Source: Rhodospirillales bacterium (lineage in GTDB: Bacteria; Pseudomonadota; Alphaproteobacteria; Micavibrionales; Micavibrionaceae). From it: DNA of 64,000 nucleotides. The DNA lies in assembly GCA_020638335.1 (NCBI GenBank), contig JACKIT010000007.1:45-64044 (forward strand), read 5' to 3'. The notes beneath the pieces are model-generated. The model searched no databases and was not told the origin of the DNA. It saw only the letters and a list, made by a program, of their open reading frames with translations. A program made the position numbers and the translations under genes. Shown here one piece after another: positions 29,356 to 39,214 of this stretch; positions within the stretch are counted from its first letter, which is position 1, and each line of letters opens with the position of its first letter.

Positions 29356-30231
29356 TTAAAGCTCCAGCTTTGCAATTCGGCTTTGCAGGCTTTTCTCAGA
29401 CTTTTGCGTTCTTTTGTGATGTCTCACAGCATCCTTGAAGAAGCCGGACACTTTTCGGGAAAGTATTTTCTGATCATCTACCGCTTTTAGCGCGGCCTGA
29501 AAACTTGCAATTAATTCGTCCGAAACCGGGGTTTCTTCACGATCATCAATGTCAAAACTGCTATATGATGATGCTTTTGAAGGATACGGGCGGCAACCAT
29601 CAAGCGCCTTCAGAAGCGCTGGAGCATCAAGAAGGCTTTTGACAAGATTCCTTGTAAAGTTTTGAACACTTTCGGGAGTAATGTTTTTAAACTCTCCCGC
29701 CTTTGCGTTTTTGTGAAGCCGCGCCATGGCGCTGAGCGCATCCGCATTATGCTGGCCAAGGCCCGCTTCAAAATCGACCTGACCGCTCAGGAAGATGGCT
29801 TCGGGCGTGTTTTCCTCATCCATGGTTTCAAGAGCGGCAATAGCTTTTTCCGGGTAATATTGAGCGATGGTGGTCGCCAATTGCCGTACAGCGCCTTTTC
29901 CGCCGACTTCCCGCAAAGCCGCGATATAATCATCCTCGTGATGCTCACCCTCGTGCGCTTTAAGAGGCATTCCCAAAACTTTCTGCGTTCTCAGATAGTT
30001 CTCTTCAATATTAAACATATTAACTATACAATGTGGCGCGCCCGCAAACTCTTTGAGTGCTGCAAGCCAAGCTTTACGTATACCAGCATCTTCCAGATAT
30101 TTGACACTCGCTTTTAACAGTTGCATCATTCCGAATCTTTGGTGGCCGACCTTATTTTCATCGGGTAATTCTTCCCGAGAATCTTCAGATTTACCCTCAT
30201 TCGGCTTTTTATCTGCTGTTTCGTCTGACAT
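29356..30231 (-). CDS. Hypothetical protein (291 aa)
   Basis: ORF with the start taken at MSDETADKKP. No family recognised. Confidence 0.55.
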   Translation of the reverse strand: MSDETADKKPNEGKSEDSREELPDENKVGHQRFGMMQLLKASVKYLEDAGIRKAWLAALKEFAGAPHCIVNMFNIEENYLRTQKVLGMPLKAHEGEHHEDDYIAALREVGGKGAVRQLATTIAQYYPEKAIAALETMDEENTPEAIFLSGQVDFEAGLGQHNADALSAMARLHKNAKAGEFKNITPESVQNFTRNLVKSLLDAPALLKALDGCRPYPSKASSYSSFDIDDREETPVSDELIASFQAALKAVDDQKILSRKVSGFFKDAVRHHKRTQKSEKSLQSRIAKLEL

Positions 30232-30349
30232 GTTTTTACGTCTGCCTGCTCGTTGCTGTAAGTGCACAGTTTATTACAATAAATACTCTAAATATGTCAA
30301 TAATTATCGCGAAGCGGATTGACGCGGGAGCGCCGTCGCGGATACAACT

Positions 30350-31504
30350 ATGTTTATGAGCAAAGATAAACGCAGACGCACAAAAGCAGTGAGAGCAGGG
30401 ATCGGAACCGATCCCGCCTATGGGTCGGTGATGCCGCCGCTATATCTTTCCTCAACCTTTCAGATTGACGGGCTGGACAAGCGCGGTTCGTACGAATATT
30501 CGCGCACGCGTAACCCGACGCGCGATGAACTGGCGGGCGCTTTGGCAGATCTTGAAGGCGGGATCGGCGCGGCGGTGACAGCTTCGGGGATGGCGGCACT
30601 GACGTTGCTCGTGCATTTGCTGGGGCCGGATGATTTGCTGCTCGCGCCGTATGATATGTATGGGCGGTCTTACTGGCTTTTGCGCGCTCTGGCGGAGAAA
30701 AAACATTTCCGGCTGGAATTTATCGATTGTTATGACGGCGGCGCTCTGGATGCGGCTTTTGCTCAGGGGCCGAAAATGGTGTTGATCGAAAGCCCGTCAA
30801 ACCCGGTGATGCGCATCGCCGATATTGCGACAATCGCCAAGCGGGCCAAAGAATGCGGCGCGTTGACGATTGTGGATAATACGTTCCTGTCGCCCATCCT
30901 GCAAAACCCGTTCAAGCTGGGCGCGGATATTGTTTTTCATTCGACCACCAAGTTTATTAACGGGCATAGCGATGTCGTCGGTGGAGCGGTGATTGTCAAA
31001 GATGATGAACAATTGCTGGCCGATTTGCATTTGTGGAACAACTCGCTGGGGACGATTGGCGCGCCATTTGATGCCTATATGACGCTGCGCGGCTTGCGCA
31101 CGCTGGAGGTGCGGGTGCATCGCGGGGAAGAAAATGCGCAGACGATTGCCGAGTTTCTGGATGCGCATGACATGGTGGGACGCGTTTATTATCCCGGTCT
31201 ACCCGACGATGAAGGCCATGCGATCGCCAAGAAACAACAAGAGGGCTTCGGAGCGATGCTCAGCTTTGAGCTTCAAGGGGATATCGATGCATTTTTGGCC
31301 AATCTGACGATGTTTTCGCTGGCGCAATCTCTGGGCGGCACGGAAAGCCTGATCAATCACCCGGCCAGCATGACGCATGTTGCGATGGGCGCGGAAGCGC
31401 GCGCCAAGGCAGGCGTGAGCGACAATCTGCTGCGTCTGTCCGTGGGGATTGAGCATATTGATGATTTATTGAGTGATTTGGAAGCGGCGCTCAATGCGGC
31501 CTAG
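30350..31504 (+). CDS. Cys/Met-metabolism PLP-dependent enzyme (cystathionine gamma-synthase / O-succinylhomoserine lyase type)
   Basis: Family-typical sequence, including HSTTKFINGHSDVVGG (PLP lysine) and SLGGTESLINHPASMTH. Confidence 0.9.
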   Translation: MFMSKDKRRRTKAVRAGIGTDPAYGSVMPPLYLSSTFQIDGLDKRGSYEYSRTRNPTRDELAGALADLEGGIGAAVTASGMAALTLLVHLLGPDDLLLAPYDMYGRSYWLLRALAEKKHFRLEFIDCYDGGALDAAFAQGPKMVLIESPSNPVMRIADIATIAKRAKECGALTIVDNTFLSPILQNPFKLGADIVFHSTTKFINGHSDVVGGAVIVKDDEQLLADLHLWNNSLGTIGAPFDAYMTLRGLRTLEVRVHRGEENAQTIAEFLDAHDMVGRVYYPGLPDDEGHAIAKKQQEGFGAMLSFELQGDIDAFLANLTMFSLAQSLGGTESLINHPASMTHVAMGAEARAKAGVSDNLLRLSVGIEHIDDLLSDLEAALNAA

Positions 31505-31506
31505 TT

Positions 31507-32211
31507 TTATTGTCCGCGACTGGCGGCTAAAGGTGATTTGTAATCCGGGCAGCGGCTTTGCACAAACTGATATTCGGCCAAATTATCTATAGCCTGCTGC
31601 GCTTCGGCGCGTTCAATCTCCATTTTCTTGTATTCGAACTGAACAAGCTGAGAAACGGTGCTTTTCATTCTGTTCATGATGGCTTGCGCATTTTCCGATG
31701 CGATAGGCCCTGCGATAAAGCCGCGCTGCTGAAGCCCGTCAAAAACTTTTTTGCCGATCGTTTGCGCATATTTATTGACGATTTTTCGGTCGGCGTTGAC
31801 ATGTTTCATCTCATGTTCAAGCACGGCGCTGTACATGCAGGAATCTTCTGAAACTTCCTTCGCAATTACAATTTTAGGCGTAATATCAAGCATTATGGTG
31901 ACTTTTTTGTAGTAGATGCAATAGGCGTTTGCCATTGATGTAAGCCTGTAATCAAGCTCTACAGATGAGCGCATATTGATTTGCCCCTCCATAAAACCGT
32001 TCGTATGCGTAACGTTGTTGTAGCCATAAGGGTTAATCGTATCGATGCTTTGGCCCTGTAAATCCGCCGAAGTGCGAGACGTATCAATGACCAATTCAGC
32101 GGTTTTTGGCACAACCGAGATGTCCGCCGGCGTGGTCATTTGGCAGATTTGCGGGCTGGATGCCGCGAGAATTAAAGCTGTGCCTGCAGTTACAGGGTCA
32201 AAAGGGATCAT
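31507..32211 (-). CDS. Hypothetical protein with an HExxH motif (possible Zn metalloprotease)
   Basis: The motif is AVLEHEMKHVNAD. The hydrophobic N-terminus suggests export. No confident family assignment. Confidence 0.5.
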   Translation of the reverse strand: MIPFDPVTAGTALILAASSPQICQMTTPADISVVPKTAELVIDTSRTSADLQGQSIDTINPYGYNNVTHTNGFMEGQINMRSSVELDYRLTSMANAYCIYYKKVTIMLDITPKIVIAKEVSEDSCMYSAVLEHEMKHVNADRKIVNKYAQTIGKKVFDGLQQRGFIAGPIASENAQAIMNRMKSTVSQLVQFEYKKMEIERAEAQQAIDNLAEYQFVQSRCPDYKSPLAASRGQ

Positions 32212-32295
32212 GCTGTCTGCTTGCTCTTGTTAAACTCTTTCGAATAGTATATCAGAAAAAAGGTTAATATTTGAAGAAATTCAGGAGGTTGCGCC

Positions 32296-32574
32296 ATGGG
32301 CATGCTCGCATATCTGGTCTCTCTGGCCTTTGACATTTATATTGGCATCATTGTTATTCAGGTCGTGGTAAGCTGGCTGATCGTTTTTGACGTTATCAAC
32401 GTCGAAAATGCGAAAGCACAAAACCTTGTTGCGCTTTTGAAACGGGCAACAGACCCGGTTTACAAGCCCTTGCAGAAATATATTCCGCCGATTGGCGGTA
32501 TTGATGTGACTCCGATTGTGGTCATTTTGGGGCTGTCACTGTTACAAAATATCATTATAGGGATTTTGATCTAA
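32296..32574 (+). CDS. yggT: YggT-family membrane protein
   Basis: 92 aa, two TM regions, ...[23 protein letters not shown], typical of YggT. Confidence 0.85.
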   Translation: MGMLAYLVSLAFDIYIGIIVIQVVVSWLIVFDVINVENAKAQNLVALLKRATDPVYKPLQKYIPPIGGIDVTPIVVILGLSLLQNIIIGILI

Positions 32575-32600
32575 TGTTGGCAAAGAAAGAGGCACACGCC

Positions 32601-33449
32601 ATGGGCGAGACACAGAATATTGACGGCAAAGCGGTGGCCAAGGCCCTGCGTGAGGATCTGGCGGCCGAGGTTGCGGGGCTGGATGTGCGGCCCGGTTTGG
32701 CCGTGATTTTGGTCGGTGATGATCCGGCCTCTCAGGTTTATGTGCGCAATAAAATTAAAGCCTGCGCCGCGTGCGGGATTAAAAGCTTTGAATCGCGTCT
32801 GCCTGCGCAGGCTACGGAAGCGGAAATCATGGCCGAGATTGAGGCGTTTAACGACAATAAGGACGTGCACGGGATTTTGCTGCAATTGCCGCTGCCCTAT
32901 CCGCTGAATGCCGATACGTTGATTCAGCATATCAAGCCGGAGAAAGATGTCGATGGGCTGACATTCATTAATCAGGGTAAGTTGATTGCTGGAGATAAAA
33001 GCGGGCTGGTGCCTTGCACGCCGCAAGGGGCGATGATGCTCATCAAAAGCGTGGAGCAAGATTTGAGCGGTAAGCATGCGGTGGTGATCGGGCGCTCCCT
33101 GCTGTTTGGCAAGCCGATGGCGCAGTTGCTTTTGGCGGAAAACTGCACGGTGACGAGCGCGCATTCACGAACGCGAGATTTGCCGGAAGTTTGCAAGCAG
33201 GCCGATATTCTGGTGGCTGCGGTGGGCCGTGCGGAGATGGTTCAGGGAGCCTGGATCAAACCGGGCGCAATTGTGATTGATGTCGGCATTAATCGTCAGG
33301 AAGGTGGAACGCTGTGCGGCGATGTTGATTATGATCAGGCCCGCGGTGTAGCAGGAGCAATTACGCCTGTGCCGGGCGGCGTCGGGCCGATGACGATTGC
33401 GTGTTTGCTGAAAAACACCGTCGAAGCCGCGAAGAAGGCTAAAAATTGA
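32601..33449 (+). CDS. folD: Bifunctional methylenetetrahydrofolate dehydrogenase / methenyl-THF cyclohydrolase
   Basis: IDGKAVA...[20 protein letters not shown]...GILLQLPLP...CTPQG...[16 protein letters not shown]...[11 protein letters not shown]. Confidence 0.97.
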   Translation: MGETQNIDGKAVAKALREDLAAEVAGLDVRPGLAVILVGDDPASQVYVRNKIKACAACGIKSFESRLPAQATEAEIMAEIEAFNDNKDVHGILLQLPLPYPLNADTLIQHIKPEKDVDGLTFINQGKLIAGDKSGLVPCTPQGAMMLIKSVEQDLSGKHAVVIGRSLLFGKPMAQLLLAENCTVTSAHSRTRDLPEVCKQADILVAAVGRAEMVQGAWIKPGAIVIDVGINRQEGGTLCGDVDYDQARGVAGAITPVPGGVGPMTIACLLKNTVEAAKKAKN

Positions 33450-33552
33450 GGGTGCGCGGCCTTTTCCGATGATTTATCCGAAATATTTTTCTTGCACTTT
33501 ATACTTTGTGTCACGTATAAGTTTTACCTTATGTAAATATTTGTAGTGTGCC

Positions 33553-34413
33553 ATGGCCAGTAAAGCTTTTATTCGATCCATAAAATCAATGAGTAAAAAA
33601 GCTCTTAGTGAGAAACCGCTTTCCCAGCGCTTTTCTGATATTGCGACGCTTGTTAGAGGTGTAAAGTGCCATATTCCAGAGCTTTCAGAAGATTCCGGCT
33701 TTGCCGTTGATCCATGGGACAAACATAGAAATATACGCCCCCATATAGAAGCGATGCTGCACATATCGAATACTATTCGCCATTCTCAGACGTATATGGA
33801 TTTTTTAGAAAATAGCCGTGACCTTACTTTACGCTCCATTCAAGATGACCGTGACCTTCTCGAAAACATAGAGCATTATCCGGTTTCTTGTGAAAATGAT
33901 CGAAAAGCGGTTATTCAAGCTGTGAATTTATATCAGGCTGCTGCGTCCTGCGAAGCAAGCGGTTTTTTTGATTTTGAAGATACAAATATCGTGTTTTTTG
34001 AAGAAGCGAAGCGCCACTATAAACAATCCAATGCGATTCGCCTCTTAAATGGCTCCTCTGTTTGTAATCTGAAAACCGGATCGAGAAAAATTAAGATTAA
34101 TACGCATGAAGATGCCGGCTTTCATAACCCTTTAAAGGCTTTGAGCCTCGTTTTTCACGAAGGCGTCCATGACCAGGCCTTTCAACTGGCTTTTGCCTGT
34201 CACACAAAGAAAGGCAATTTGGGGAGTTTGGCCGAAGATGCCAAGCTTTATGCAACGTTTAAGGAACAGGCCGCGACCATTCCTTCCGGTATACGCTTGG
34301 CTTATCTTGGACAATTTCACGAAATTGCAGCTCATGACCAGCAGGATAAATTTACGCGCGATCTTAATACTCTTTTAAAATCAGCGGATAACGGCTTTAC
34401 TTTGTCACAGTAG
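33553..34413 (+). CDS. Hypothetical protein with an HExxH motif (286 aa), AT-rich
   Basis: LVFHEGVHDQAF. No other recognisable domain. Confidence 0.5.
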   Translation: MASKAFIRSIKSMSKKALSEKPLSQRFSDIATLVRGVKCHIPELSEDSGFAVDPWDKHRNIRPHIEAMLHISNTIRHSQTYMDFLENSRDLTLRSIQDDRDLLENIEHYPVSCENDRKAVIQAVNLYQAAASCEASGFFDFEDTNIVFFEEAKRHYKQSNAIRLLNGSSVCNLKTGSRKIKINTHEDAGFHNPLKALSLVFHEGVHDQAFQLAFACHTKKGNLGSLAEDAKLYATFKEQAATIPSGIRLAYLGQFHEIAAHDQQDKFTRDLNTLLKSADNGFTLSQ

Positions 34414-34415
34414 TA

Positions 34416-35207
34416 TCAATAAACCATTCTAAGGAACGGGGTGTAGCCTTGAATTTGCTCAAGGGCATCGTTGCGCGCCTTAAGGTGGATGGCATATTGC
34501 TGTAGCTGCATGAAATTTTTGAATGTCATGTCCGGATCTTTGAACTCATATGAATCCACACCAATATCATCAAGATATTCGAGAAGTTTGCGGTTATTGC
34601 CCAGCCAGCTATTCGCTTCGACAAAGAAGGCCTGCGCCACACCGCGATGATATTTAAAAGAGCTACGAACGGAAGGGGAAGCATTCGTCTTTTCGATTTC
34701 AGTCTCAATGACACTGGCTTCTTTATCAATCTCTTTATGCCAATATCTGAGGATGATTTCCGCTGTTTTAATATTTTTGAGCTGTCCTTGAATGTTTTGA
34801 GACGAATTGAGTACGGCCTGTCCGCCGATATGGGCCATATAGCGCCGAATTTCATAGCCATAGAGGTCATATTCGGGAGGAATATCCACATAGATGCCGT
34901 GAATAAGGCGCTCAATACGCTCGCGCAACGTGCTTGGCGGTTCCTGCTTGATGAAGCGGACCTTATCAAAAACCGGTTCAAGGGGTTGTTTATAAGGGAA
35001 TTTGAGCTGCTGGGGCATTCCCGGAACCCGCGGAGCCCTCATGGCTTCTTCGAGCGTTTGCGGCGTTGCCTTCTGGAATGACCTGTAAGCCGGTGCGTTC
35101 TGGGCAAAGCCCTGTGACAAGGGCGTTATTACACCTAATATCAATAAACCCGCCGCTATATATGCATAGAGTAAACGTTTCATAACTCCATTCTCAACTT
35201 TTCCCAA
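34416..35207 (-). CDS. Hypothetical secreted protein (about 255-263 aa), AT-rich
   Basis: Signal-like MKRLLYAYIAAGLLILGVITPLSQGFA. ORF only. Confidence 0.55.
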   Translation of the reverse strand: MGKVENGVMKRLLYAYIAAGLLILGVITPLSQGFAQNAPAYRSFQKATPQTLEEAMRAPRVPGMPQQLKFPYKQPLEPVFDKVRFIKQEPPSTLRERIERLIHGIYVDIPPEYDLYGYEIRRYMAHIGGQAVLNSSQNIQGQLKNIKTAEIILRYWHKEIDKEASVIETEIEKTNASPSVRSSFKYHRGVAQAFFVEANSWLGNNRKLLEYLDDIGVDSYEFKDPDMTFKNFMQLQQYAIHLKARNDALEQIQGYTPFLRMVY

Positions 35208-35209
35208 CG

Positions 35210-35254
35210 CATTGAAAATAAAAGAAAAGTGAAACCCCGTTTTTTAAACGGGGT
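35210..35254 (-). terminator. Rho-independent terminator downstream of icd
   Basis: A perfect 9-bp stem accccgttt / aaacggggt. On the minus strand it is followed by tcacttttcttttatttt. Confidence 0.7.
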
Positions 35255-35400
35255 CCATTCGAGTGAATTTCGGCATCCCATAGACCCCGCATCAAATGCG
35301 GGGTTTCGGTAATTGCAAAGATCTTCCCGTTCTCTTGATTTAAGAATTGCGTTCTCACATATTCATTATACAGGTTTTTGACGAAGGCGGCCAACAGCGC

Positions 35401-36843
35401 TTATTCCCCTTGGGCAACCGTGAAGCCGGGTTTGCCGTCGTAATTATGCAGCATGACCGATTTTGTGAAGTTGAGATCGGCCTTGTTCATACGATCCATC
35501 AGAGCGATGACCTGTGATGTTTTCACGGTTTCGCCGTTGTCGGACATAAAGCGCAAACGCCAGTTATCAGCGCAGAATGTTTCGGGTTGCCCGTTCGGCC
35601 AGACCTTGGTGCCGCGATTGGAAATCATCTGGAGTTTGAGATTGTCATTCACACAAGCATTGATGGCGGCGGCGAGATCATCGGCGCTGCCATCCCAGTT
35701 GATGCCGATATCGACGCCAACGCGTTCTTTCGAAACTTCGACGGATGGTTTAAGCGGCGGCAATTTGAGTCCGCCGGCAACATCGGGATAGGATTTGACG
35801 GGCAGGACTTCAGGCTCCTGTCCCAGACGCTCAATGACGGCCTTGGTGAAACCTTCGGTGCCAACCTGTTCCTTTGAGATGCCTTTGCGGTAAATCTCGC
35901 CGGTATGAACACCATTTTCGATTGTGCGCAGCCAAGCGTTGTGTATTTTCGCTGCAACGCTGCCCTGGCCGATATGGGTGAGCATCATGATGGAGCCGAG
36001 AATAAGCCCGGACGGGTTGGCGATGCCCTGGCCGGCAATATCCGGGGCGGAGCCGTGAACGGCTTCGAACATACCAAAATCGAGGCCGATATTGGATGAG
36101 CCGCCCAAACCGACAGAGCCGGTCACTTCCGCCGCAACGTCGGAAATGATATCGCCGTAAAGGTTGGTGGTAACGATCACATCGAACAGATCCGGACGAT
36201 TGGCAACTTTGGCCGTGCCGATGTCGATGATCATGTGTTCGTTTTCAATATCCGGATATTCGGCGGCGATTTCATCAAAGACCTGATGAAACAGACCGTC
36301 CGAGATCTTCATGATATTGTCTTTGGACATGCAGGTGACTTTTTTGCGGTTGTTTGCGCGCGCATATTCAAAAGCATAGCGCATAATGCGCTCGGTTCCG
36401 GGGCGGGAAATCACCTTGAGCGAAGCCATAACATCGCGCGACTGGCGGTATTCGATGCCACCGTAAAGATCTTCTTCGTTTTCCCGGATAATCACCAGAT
36501 CCATTTTCGGGTGGTTGGTGCGGACAAACGGATGGTAGGATACGCACGGGCGAACATTGGCGAACAGGCCGAGCGATTTGCGGACCGTCACATTGAGGGA
36601 TTTGAACCCGCCCCCTTGCGGCGTGGTGATGGGAGCCTTGAGAAAAACACGCGTGCGGCGCAAGGAGTCCCACGCGCTGTCTTCGATCCCGTTTTTAATG
36701 CCGCGTTTATAGACCGCTTCACCAATTTCAATTTCTTCAATATCGAGCTGCGCGCCTGCGGCCTCAAGGATTTGCAGAGTCGCGTCCATAATCTCCGGGC
36801 CGATGCCGTCGCCGCGCGCCACTGTAATTGGTGTTTTGGTCAT
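35401..36843 (-). CDS. icd: Isocitrate dehydrogenase (isopropylmalate/isocitrate dehydrogenase family, ~480-aa form)
   Basis: ITVARGDGIGPEI..., NLYGDIISD, GSAPDIAGQGIANP, plus a C-terminal extension. Confidence 0.93.
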   Translation of the reverse strand: MTKTPITVARGDGIGPEIMDATLQILEAAGAQLDIEEIEIGEAVYKRGIKNGIEDSAWDSLRRTRVFLKAPITTPQGGGFKSLNVTVRKSLGLFANVRPCVSYHPFVRTNHPKMDLVIIRENEEDLYGGIEYRQSRDVMASLKVISRPGTERIMRYAFEYARANNRKKVTCMSKDNIMKISDGLFHQVFDEIAAEYPDIENEHMIIDIGTAKVANRPDLFDVIVTTNLYGDIISDVAAEVTGSVGLGGSSNIGLDFGMFEAVHGSAPDIAGQGIANPSGLILGSIMMLTHIGQGSVAAKIHNAWLRTIENGVHTGEIYRKGISKEQVGTEGFTKAVIERLGQEPEVLPVKSYPDVAGGLKLPPLKPSVEVSKERVGVDIGINWDGSADDLAAAINACVNDNLKLQMISNRGTKVWPNGQPETFCADNWRLRFMSDNGETVKTSQVIALMDRMNKADLNFTKSVMLHNYDGKPGFTVAQGE

Positions 36844-37076
36844 GATGATAATGCTCCCCTAAAAAATGAACTTGCGAAAGAATCGTAGCAGCTTACAAGC
36901 ATAAGTCTAGGCGTTTTTATTATCTAGCATACCGGCGTGAGGTTCAGATTTGGCACCACAGCATCAAAAAATATTTTTTCTATAATTTTCTATTGCATTG
37001 CCACAAAAAGAGGAGCATGGTCCGGCTAAATTTTTGTAGCTTTTCTCGAAAAACATTTAAAAGAAGGGAAAAAAAC

Positions 37077-37589
37077 ATGCCATGTAATGATGCCATGATT
37101 ACTGATGTGATAACGGCACGCCCCGGTCAAACAGTGGCCGAGGTCCTTGAACTGTTTAGCAAACACAATATCCGCAGCCTGCCTATCGTTGATGAAAAAA
37201 ACAGCGTAGTTGGACTGTTTAGCTTTTCACACTTGCTGTACAGCCTGCTGCCGGTTCCGGCGACAATGGGCGACCATATGGTGCGCCTCAAGCATATGGA
37301 TATCAGCCTTGACCACCTGCTGGGCGCTTCGCCCTGGGTTGCCAAGCGGCTCAACATTATTTTGCCGAAGACCATGGAAGAAGTGATGCTGAAGCACCCT
37401 GTCTGCGTACGGGCCGACTCTCCGCTGCGTGAAGGGATTCGCCTGATGGTCAAATATGACAGCCCCCTGCCTGTTGTCGATCATGACAATACACGCAAGC
37501 TGGTCGGTCTGATTTCTTCACAGTCGGTCCTCAAGGCGCTGATGAAAATCGCCAGCCATCTGGAGCAAGGTAAAGAGGTTCACGAATAA
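37077..37589 (+). CDS. CBS-domain pair protein
   Basis: Two CBS-like repeats (VITARPGQTV.EVLELFSKHNIRSLPIVD; VCVRADSPLREGIRLMVKYDSPLPVVD). Confidence 0.75.
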   Translation: MPCNDAMITDVITARPGQTVAEVLELFSKHNIRSLPIVDEKNSVVGLFSFSHLLYSLLPVPATMGDHMVRLKHMDISLDHLLGASPWVAKRLNIILPKTMEEVMLKHPVCVRADSPLREGIRLMVKYDSPLPVVDHDNTRKLVGLISSQSVLKALMKIASHLEQGKEVHE

Positions 37590-37656
37590 GGCGATCGATT
37601 TTTGTCTTTTTGTTTTTTAAAAAAATTTAATCAATGAAATAAGAAAGTATTTTGAA

Positions 37657-39075
37657 ATGGAAGAAGCATTGGTTTTTGATACACCGATGATGGTTTCAGC
37701 CGTTATTCTGGTTGTTACATTTGCTGGAATTTTTACCGAAGGGATGCACCATATTCACCGTACCAAGATTGCCATGCTGGGCGCGGCGTCCATGGTGCTT
37801 TTCGGCCAGTTTTTCGGGTTTTACAATCCGGAAATGGCCATCGAGGCCATCGATTGGAACGTGGTGTTCCTGCTCGGCGCGATGATGACCATCGTGGCAA
37901 TCATGATCCCGACCGGAGGATTTCAGGCGATCGCCTACTGGATCGCGGCGTTCAGTAAGGGGCGGTTGTTTTTGCTTCTGGTTCTGATGGGAACAGCAGT
38001 GACGGTGATTTCGCTGCTGCTGGATAATGTGACCACGGTGGTGATTTTCGGCCCGCTGATCGTGCTGATCTGTCAGGCACTGAAGGTCAATCCTATTCCC
38101 TATCTGCTGGCGGCGGCGCTTTTGTCCGATACGGGCGGCGTGGCAACCCTCGTGGGGGACCCGCCTAACCTGATGATCGGTTCAGCTGCGGATATCGACT
38201 TCAACACCTTCTTTATCCGGATGGGCGGAATCGTATTCGCCGCGTGGATTGTGACTCTGCTTGGCCTAAAGTTTCTTTTCCGCAAAAATCTTTCGGTAAC
38301 GCCCGACAAACCGGTTTTCGATTCCGCCGATATGATTACGGACAAGAAAACATGGATTGCCTCGCTGGCCGTTCTGGGCATCATGGTCGTGCTGTTTATT
38401 GCCCACGGCGCGCTGCACTGGGAAGCCTGGGTTGTGGCCTGTCTCGGTCTGACGGTGTTGCTGGCCCTGACATATAAGGTCAACCCGGACAAATACCTGA
38501 CTGAAGTCGAGCTTTCACTGCTGATGTTCTTCGTTTCCCTGTTCGTCGTGATCGGCGGGGTGGAAGGCTCGCACTTCCTGGAGTGGATCGGCCAGTTCAT
38601 CACGCCGCTGGTTCAGCATGACATGCTGACGGCCTGCCTGATCCTGATGTGGATGGCCGCCATCCTTTCGGCGATGATCGACAACATCCCGTTCACTGCG
38701 GCGATGATCCCGATCATCATCGGCATGGACGCGCAAGGCATTCCAGTAACACCGCTTTGGTGGGCTTTGGCGATCGGCGTGGGCATGGGCGGCAACGGTA
38801 CGCATCTGGGCTCTACGGCCAACGTGTTCATCGTGACCCTGACCGAACGTCTGGCGCAACAGGAAAATAAGCCCTCGCTTCGTATCACACCGGGCCTCTG
38901 GTTCCGTAAAGGCACGCCTGTGATGCTCCTGACGCTTGTTGTGTGTTCGATTGCGATGTGGGCCTTTTTCCCCTTCTTCGCGCATCCTCTGCCAACAGCG
39001 GAGATGCATGCAGAGAAGATGCATCAAGCAGCGCTGCATCACGCTGAAGAAGGGGCGGGAGCGCACCATATGTAG
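37657..39075 (+). CDS. ArsB/NhaD-superfamily (SLC13-like) permease
   Basis: About 12 TM segments, with LDNVTTVVIF and IDNIPFTAAMIPI motifs typical of this superfamily. Confidence 0.8.
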   Translation: MEEALVFDTPMMVSAVILVVTFAGIFTEGMHHIHRTKIAMLGAASMVLFGQFFGFYNPEMAIEAIDWNVVFLLGAMMTIVAIMIPTGGFQAIAYWIAAFSKGRLFLLLVLMGTAVTVISLLLDNVTTVVIFGPLIVLICQALKVNPIPYLLAAALLSDTGGVATLVGDPPNLMIGSAADIDFNTFFIRMGGIVFAAWIVTLLGLKFLFRKNLSVTPDKPVFDSADMITDKKTWIASLAVLGIMVVLFIAHGALHWEAWVVACLGLTVLLALTYKVNPDKYLTEVELSLLMFFVSLFVVIGGVEGSHFLEWIGQFITPLVQHDMLTACLILMWMAAILSAMIDNIPFTAAMIPIIIGMDAQGIPVTPLWWALAIGVGMGGNGTHLGSTANVFIVTLTERLAQQENKPSLRITPGLWFRKGTPVMLLTLVVCSIAMWAFFPFFAHPLPTAEMHAEKMHQAALHHAEEGAGAHHM

Positions 39076-39108
39076 CTCAGGCTACCTGTGAGAATATATT
39101 ACAAAGCA

Positions 39109-39138
39109 AAGGCCCGGCATTTGTTCGGGCCTTTTTTT
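39109..39138 (+). terminator. Rho-independent terminator
   Basis: aaaggcccg, loop gcatttgtt, cgggcc, followed by ttttttt. Confidence 0.75.
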
Positions 39139-39214
39139 ATGATATAAGGGCTCATCATACGGTTGTACGCGGCGTCTGCTGAGCAGCTTTAAAAAACACA
39201 AGGACCCTTAGAAA

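Noticed and set aside
32571-33164. 197-aa minus-strand ORF overlapping folD
   Set aside because: It is antisense to a clear folD gene, and the product is Arg/His/Gln-rich.
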